IMG/VR virus record: IMGVR_UViG_3300049001_000044
Location: 1-64,000 of that record
Length of the DNA: 64,000 bases
Strand: one strand, 5' to 3'
Shown here: one piece after another, positions 62,898 through 64,000 of the stretch
Position numbering within the stretch: position 1 is the first letter of the stretch
How the letters are laid out: every line of letters starts with the position of its first letter
The notes under the pieces: generated by a model
The model's database searches: none
Told to the model about the DNA's origin: nothing
What the model saw: only the letters and a program-made list of their open reading frames with translations
Program-made: the position numbers and the translations under genes

Positions 62898-63027
62898 TGG
62901 TCGGGAATGATGGAATCGAACCATGGTTTCTTCTGTCCAACCGAAGAGTCCTAACACAAGTCGGTGTGTTACTAACTTGCTGAAAGTATCTTCGGCCAGG
63001 AGCGTTCTGCCATTGAACTAATTCCCG
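62898..63027 (-). tRNA. tRNA-Pro(TGG) with a ~56-nt hairpin insertion in the anticodon loop
   Basis: CGGGAAU/AUUCCCG-A-CCA (C1-G72, A73); insert closed by CCGAAGA/UCUUCGG, followed by U-UGG-AC. Confidence 0.75.
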
Positions 63028-63158
63028 ATAACTCGTAGTAGAGTTGATGGAGTAATTATAGCTTATTTTGTAAGCAACAAAAACTGCATTTTGGTTTGTT
63101 GCAACTGCAAGAGCAGCAGCGACAATGAAATTATAGCTTAAGGGCACGCCAACAAAAA

Positions 63159-63437
63159 CTACTTTTGTGCGCCAACGTATTTGTCGTAGAGTAGATCGAA
63201 CCCTTTCAATCTACCTCGTGGCACGTTCAGCGCCAACTCAAACTGGCTAACAGCACGAGAGCCGTTCCCCGCCATCCTCTTCAATGTCCTACTGTAGCGA
63301 AGGAGCAAGTCACCGCTAGAAATCTTCAGCTCGCCAGCAATGCGAACAATCTCCCGCCTCGCTCTCGCTGCTTCTAGTCCAGGCGTCTCTATCTTCTCAA
63401 CCAAATCCATCTCTTTGAGGTACTCTTTCAGTCTCAT
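63159..63437 (-). CDS. Hypothetical protein with capsid-targeting-like N-terminus
   Basis: MRLKEYLKE. Confidence 0.8.
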   Translation of the reverse strand: MRLKEYLKEMDLVEKIETPGLEAARARREIVRIAGELKISSGDLLLRYSRTLKRMAGNGSRAVSQFELALNVPRGRLKGFDLLYDKYVGAQK

Positions 63438-64000
63438 GATACCACCGCCGGAATTGTCTTGTACCCTGCTTGATCGAGGAGGAAGATGCGGTGGTGACCG
63501 TCCTGTAGATGGTAGGAGTCGTCGGGTAGCTTGATCACTTTCGCAGGATGCTTCTTCATGAAGGCTAGCAGGTTAGCTTGAGCCGACTTATCTCTCTTGA
63601 ACTCATCGACGAGGGTGCGCATATCCGCTTTAGGATCCACGCCCATCTTGCAGACGTTGATAAGAACGCCGGCGACTTGCGTGCTAGATACTCCCTGTGT
63701 TCCAATGGCGCCATTCTTTCTCTTGACGTTAGCGATTGGGAAGTCAACGATACCGGCGTCCTCATCCAACTTTGGCTTGCGGAATTTGTTCAGTACTTGA
63801 CCCGCCGCAGCGTGAGACTTACTAAAATCGCGTGTAGCCTTCTTCGCCCCTTGATGCGTTACCGTGAAGACTGCTTTGCTGTCAAGCATGACGTTGATTT
63901 GGACTTGTCTGAACTTGCAGTCGATAATGTCTTGGTTGTCGTGGATTAGTCCAACGTACTTACCGTTCTCAGCGCGTGAGAAGGTGACTGCGATATTCCT
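63434..64000 (-). CDS. ParB/Srx-like N-terminal-domain protein (5' end outside the window)
   Basis: VIKLPDDSYHLQDGHHRIFLL; frame stays open to the window end. Confidence 0.8.
   Translation of the reverse strand, partial: RNIAVTFSRAENGKYVGLIHDNQDIIDCKFRQVQINVMLDSKAVFTVTHQGAKKATRDFSKSHAAAGQVLNKFRKPKLDEDAGIVDFPIANVKRKNGAIGTQGVSSTQVAGVLINVCKMGVDPKADMRTLVDEFKRDKSAQANLLAFMKKHPAKVIKLPDDSYHLQDGHHRIFLLDQAGYKTIPAVVS

Noticed and set aside
62945-63000. Y-module identity for the tRNA-Pro insert
   Set aside because: It has GGCCGAAG, but the C pairs with G rather than bulging, and the UUG partner and GGUUAUCU motif are absent.
58391-63147. ORFs called across the tRNA array (58391..58972, 58820..59218, 61044..62108, 62830..63147 and others)
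   Set aside because: They overlap well-formed tRNA or ncRNA genes.

Overview
A 64-kb segment of a large T4-related (jumbo myovirus-like) phage genome, densely coding and mostly on the minus strand. It contains early/accessory genes behind a repeated promoter cassette, a cytosine hypermodification set (T4 gp42-like dCMP hydroxymethylase, beta-glucosyltransferase-like enzyme, sugar nucleotidyltransferase, YvcK/CofD-HAD fusion, NMP kinases, DHFR), two helicases, tail-fibre genes, NadE, three NUDIX genes and about 30 tRNA or tRNA-like genes. The standout observation is a phage Ro60 (TROVE) gene plus several Y-RNA-like elements that share a covarying bulged-C Ro-binding helix in different architectures: a ~350-nt element directly upstream of the Ro60 gene, a minimal 73-nt form, and a CCA-ended tRNA whose anticodon arm is replaced by a circularly permuted Y module. 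The cluster also holds a tRNA with a 114-nt D-loop and a tRNA-Pro with an intron-like hairpin in its anticodon loop. All RNA structures were folded by eye and all protein calls come from motif recognition; no database searches were run.
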